Shown in pieces: positions 61,712 through 64,000 of a stretch of 64,000 nt of DNA. Every line of letters begins with the position of its first letter. The first letter of the stretch is position 1. Origin of the DNA: Rhina ancylostomus (taxonomy: Eukaryota); contig JARFYF010000084.1 of NCBI GenBank assembly GCA_030265395.1, forward strand, positions 104,773,140 to 104,837,139, given 5' to 3'. Position numbers and translations under genes: made by a program. The notes under the pieces were generated by a model. That model had not been told where the DNA came from. It saw only the letters and a program-made list of their open reading frames with translations, and did no database searches.

Positions 61712-63674
61712 CTGTGAATAAATAAGACCCAATTATTCGATTCAACTATTTCCATTCTTACATTTATTATTAATTATGTAACGAACGCTTTATTCTTACC
61801 TAAAAAATCTTCATCACCAATTCAATGTTTATTAACTTACATGGTAACATTAGCTCCAAAGGGGCAGAATATTTATATGTACAATATACGTACGATTAAT
61901 ATGTAACCAATGTTTATGAGACTTGTATGACCATCAGGCTTGAGGTAACGAATCTCGCCCTCAGATTTCTGCAAGCAACTATTCGCTAAAATTCTTTATG
62001 TGGTTATGTCTGTGCAAGCCTACACTGATAATAAGCTCAAGGAAAACGGTTCAAAGATTATGGAAAGTTAAAAATTCATACCTTTTAAACTGACGAAACG
62101 TCATGACCCATATGTTGTAAATATAGGATATCAGTAGATTTAAAGATATATTGAACGACTAGAAAACAAGACAACATTATTTTGGCAATGTTACGTAACT
62201 GGTGCCCACAGTATGTTAAATAAATATTTCATGCATTTATTAAGTATAACCGCTAAATTAAACGCAAATAAGTACTTCAGTATAAGGCATTCCAACATTC
62301 TGGGACGTGAACATCTTTTCACAGGCCTTTAGAAGATACGTATCATTCATTTGGATTCGTTGCATTAGCATTGTTTCTGTTACAATCTGTAAGTCAATTG
62401 CATATATTTAATGTTCTGGGTGACTGTATGTTTCTTAACTTTAGTTGCTGTCGGTATTTCTTACACATTATATTGATAAGCTACATTTAAGTGCTGCTTT
62501 CGTACCTTAGAATTATTTCTTTAAATTTTTATATCCAATATTTAATTCCTGTTTATTATTATATATAGGTGGCTGTAAAAACAGATACAGATATTTCCTC
62601 GACTCTTTATTTTGTTACAGTGAATGTAAATTAATTAAAGTGTGCTTTCCGCCTTAATAAATCAATAATTCTCGGAGAATCGTCAGATTGTATATATTGA
62701 CTATCGGGCTATTATTTGTGGTGCATTTCAATAGGTAACAGCAATATCTATTTGTAAACGAATGCTTCTCTCAAAGCAGTTCATCGTTGCTTAAGGAATG
62801 TGTATTGTGACAAGACATATTCACACAAACTATCTGCTCGGTGACGGGCGTCGGCTATCTGTATAAACATATCGAAACAAATATGTTTACATCCTCGTTC
62901 ATAATTACCTCGGTGACGTTTATACGCTTCGGCGTTAAAGGGAGTTGGGAAGGGCGATCGGATTATTTTCTCTTTCTCCGGTCTGTCAGAAAGATATTTC
63001 CTGAGCAGTAAGAAACATTTCGTCACCTTCCCAATAAATTGTTTAAAAACGATGTCATCGTAAATTGATAATCTGTTCGCCTTTATTGTCGCTTTTGGAC
63101 TGGATCCTTTCTTTTTGTCAATTTAGGAACCCCAAATGTAAGACACAATCAACTTGATACCAAGCACAGTCTTAATCTTAAACTACGTTCTCTTCTGCTG
63201 TATGGAGGAAGTGTGAAACTGTAATATTCAGATCTAAATGAAGCCATGCTGAAATTAATTTAATATTCACAAGAGGTACCTTGTATCAGGCAGTAAAGCT
63301 GAGGTGTCCTATTTAATAGCATTTAAAGAAAAGTAAGGTTGTTATGATTAACAAACTTGTTTTATAGGGTTTTTTTCCGGGTATCTAATGGAATGTGAAT
63401 TATTTTAGTTAAAACAAAGAATTGCACATATTTCTGAAAACTCATAATTCTATTTGATTTCTTTAGGGTAATCGACAGTTAACCGGATCTCTGTAAGTTG
63501 ATTTTAGCCTGAAAATATTTCATGGAAGATGTTCTAAAATTGATCACAAATTTTCCCCGGTGTTAGCTTTGCACCCCGCCATACCGACAGAAGGCGGGTA
63601 ATGAATTATTCTCCGCGGGAGGAAAGGATGGCACTGGATTATCCTCAGATCTATTCATCGGAGGATGTCTTAAC

Positions 63675-64000
63675 CTGAGCAGTGAGATTAGAAAGTCGTG
63701 GGAACGCCACAGCTCCACGCAAAGCCTTCCTGACCCTTGCCTGTTCAGCCCAGGTTCAGGTCAGTCCAGGAGCTCTCGGGAATGACTGCCACTTATAACT
63801 ATTCTGATGCTGAGGGGAGCAGGCACTTTCCAGAGGCTTGACTCAGAAACTCGATCATAACCGCAGGGAGTCACTGCAAAACCTGAAATGGTTAGCGGTA
63901 AATAATAGTAACCACTGGCGCTCTGGAAAGAAATAAAAATGATACACCTATAACCCAGATTTCTGAGCCACATCATTCCTGTAATTGCTTTGTAGTGACC
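63675..64000 (-). pseudogene. HoxA14: HoxA14 pseudogene, relic of the 3' part of exon 1 (runs off the window)
   Basis: Frameshifted pieces SFQSASGYYYLPLTIS, SYKW, LT*TWAEQARVRK and ELWRS parallel the HoxA13 exon-1 motifs of this window ([41 protein letters not shown]) in the same order. A candidate donor CAG|GTTAAG is at 63675/63674. Confidence 0.62.

Noticed and set aside
63090-63140. Minus-strand ATT TGG gg TTC CTA AAT TGA CAA AAA GAA AGG, resembling IWFQN.RQKEK of Hox14 exon 3, and a nearby TRKK-PY-like string at about 63365-63385
   Set aside because: Both lie upstream of the better-supported homeobox relic at 61.6 kb, inside the predicted intron 1. The order is wrong and the matches need indels, so they are probably chance.

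Overview
This window is the posterior half of a vertebrate HoxA cluster, transcribed on the minus strand, from a draft assembly with many N-gaps. It is most likely from a cartilaginous fish: HoxA7 is intact, HoxA13 and HoxA11 have no poly-alanine tracts, there is a shark-type Deu-domain SINE fragment, and there is a Hox14 relic. Five intact two-exon genes can be reconstructed by hand, each with a canonical phase-1 GT-AG intron: HoxA7 (208 aa), HoxA9 (260 aa), HoxA10 (343 aa), HoxA11 (280 aa) and HoxA13 (297 aa). A miR-196 hairpin lies between HoxA10 and HoxA9, and miR-196 seed sites cluster in the HoxA7 and HoxA9 3' regions. Beyond these genes, the most notable signals are: (1) a decayed HoxA14 pseudogene 5' of HoxA13, with a homeobox exon relic at about 61.55-61.71 kb and an exon-1 relic at 63.7-64 kb; (2) uORFs in four of the five Hox leaders (HoxA9 shows only a near-cognate TTG candidate), including two whose stop overlaps the main start (ATGA) and an in-frame TGA that interrupts the HoxA10 N-terminal extension; (3) an orphan Hox-type promoter and spliced exon with a 45-aa Kozak-context ORF, downstream of HoxA7; (4) poly(A) signals placed so that alternative polyadenylation would include or drop miR-196 sites; and (5) CTCF-like motifs, a DR2 retinoic acid response element (RARE) and E-box/CCAAT modules. 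Comparisons with other species are from memory and need alignment to confirm.
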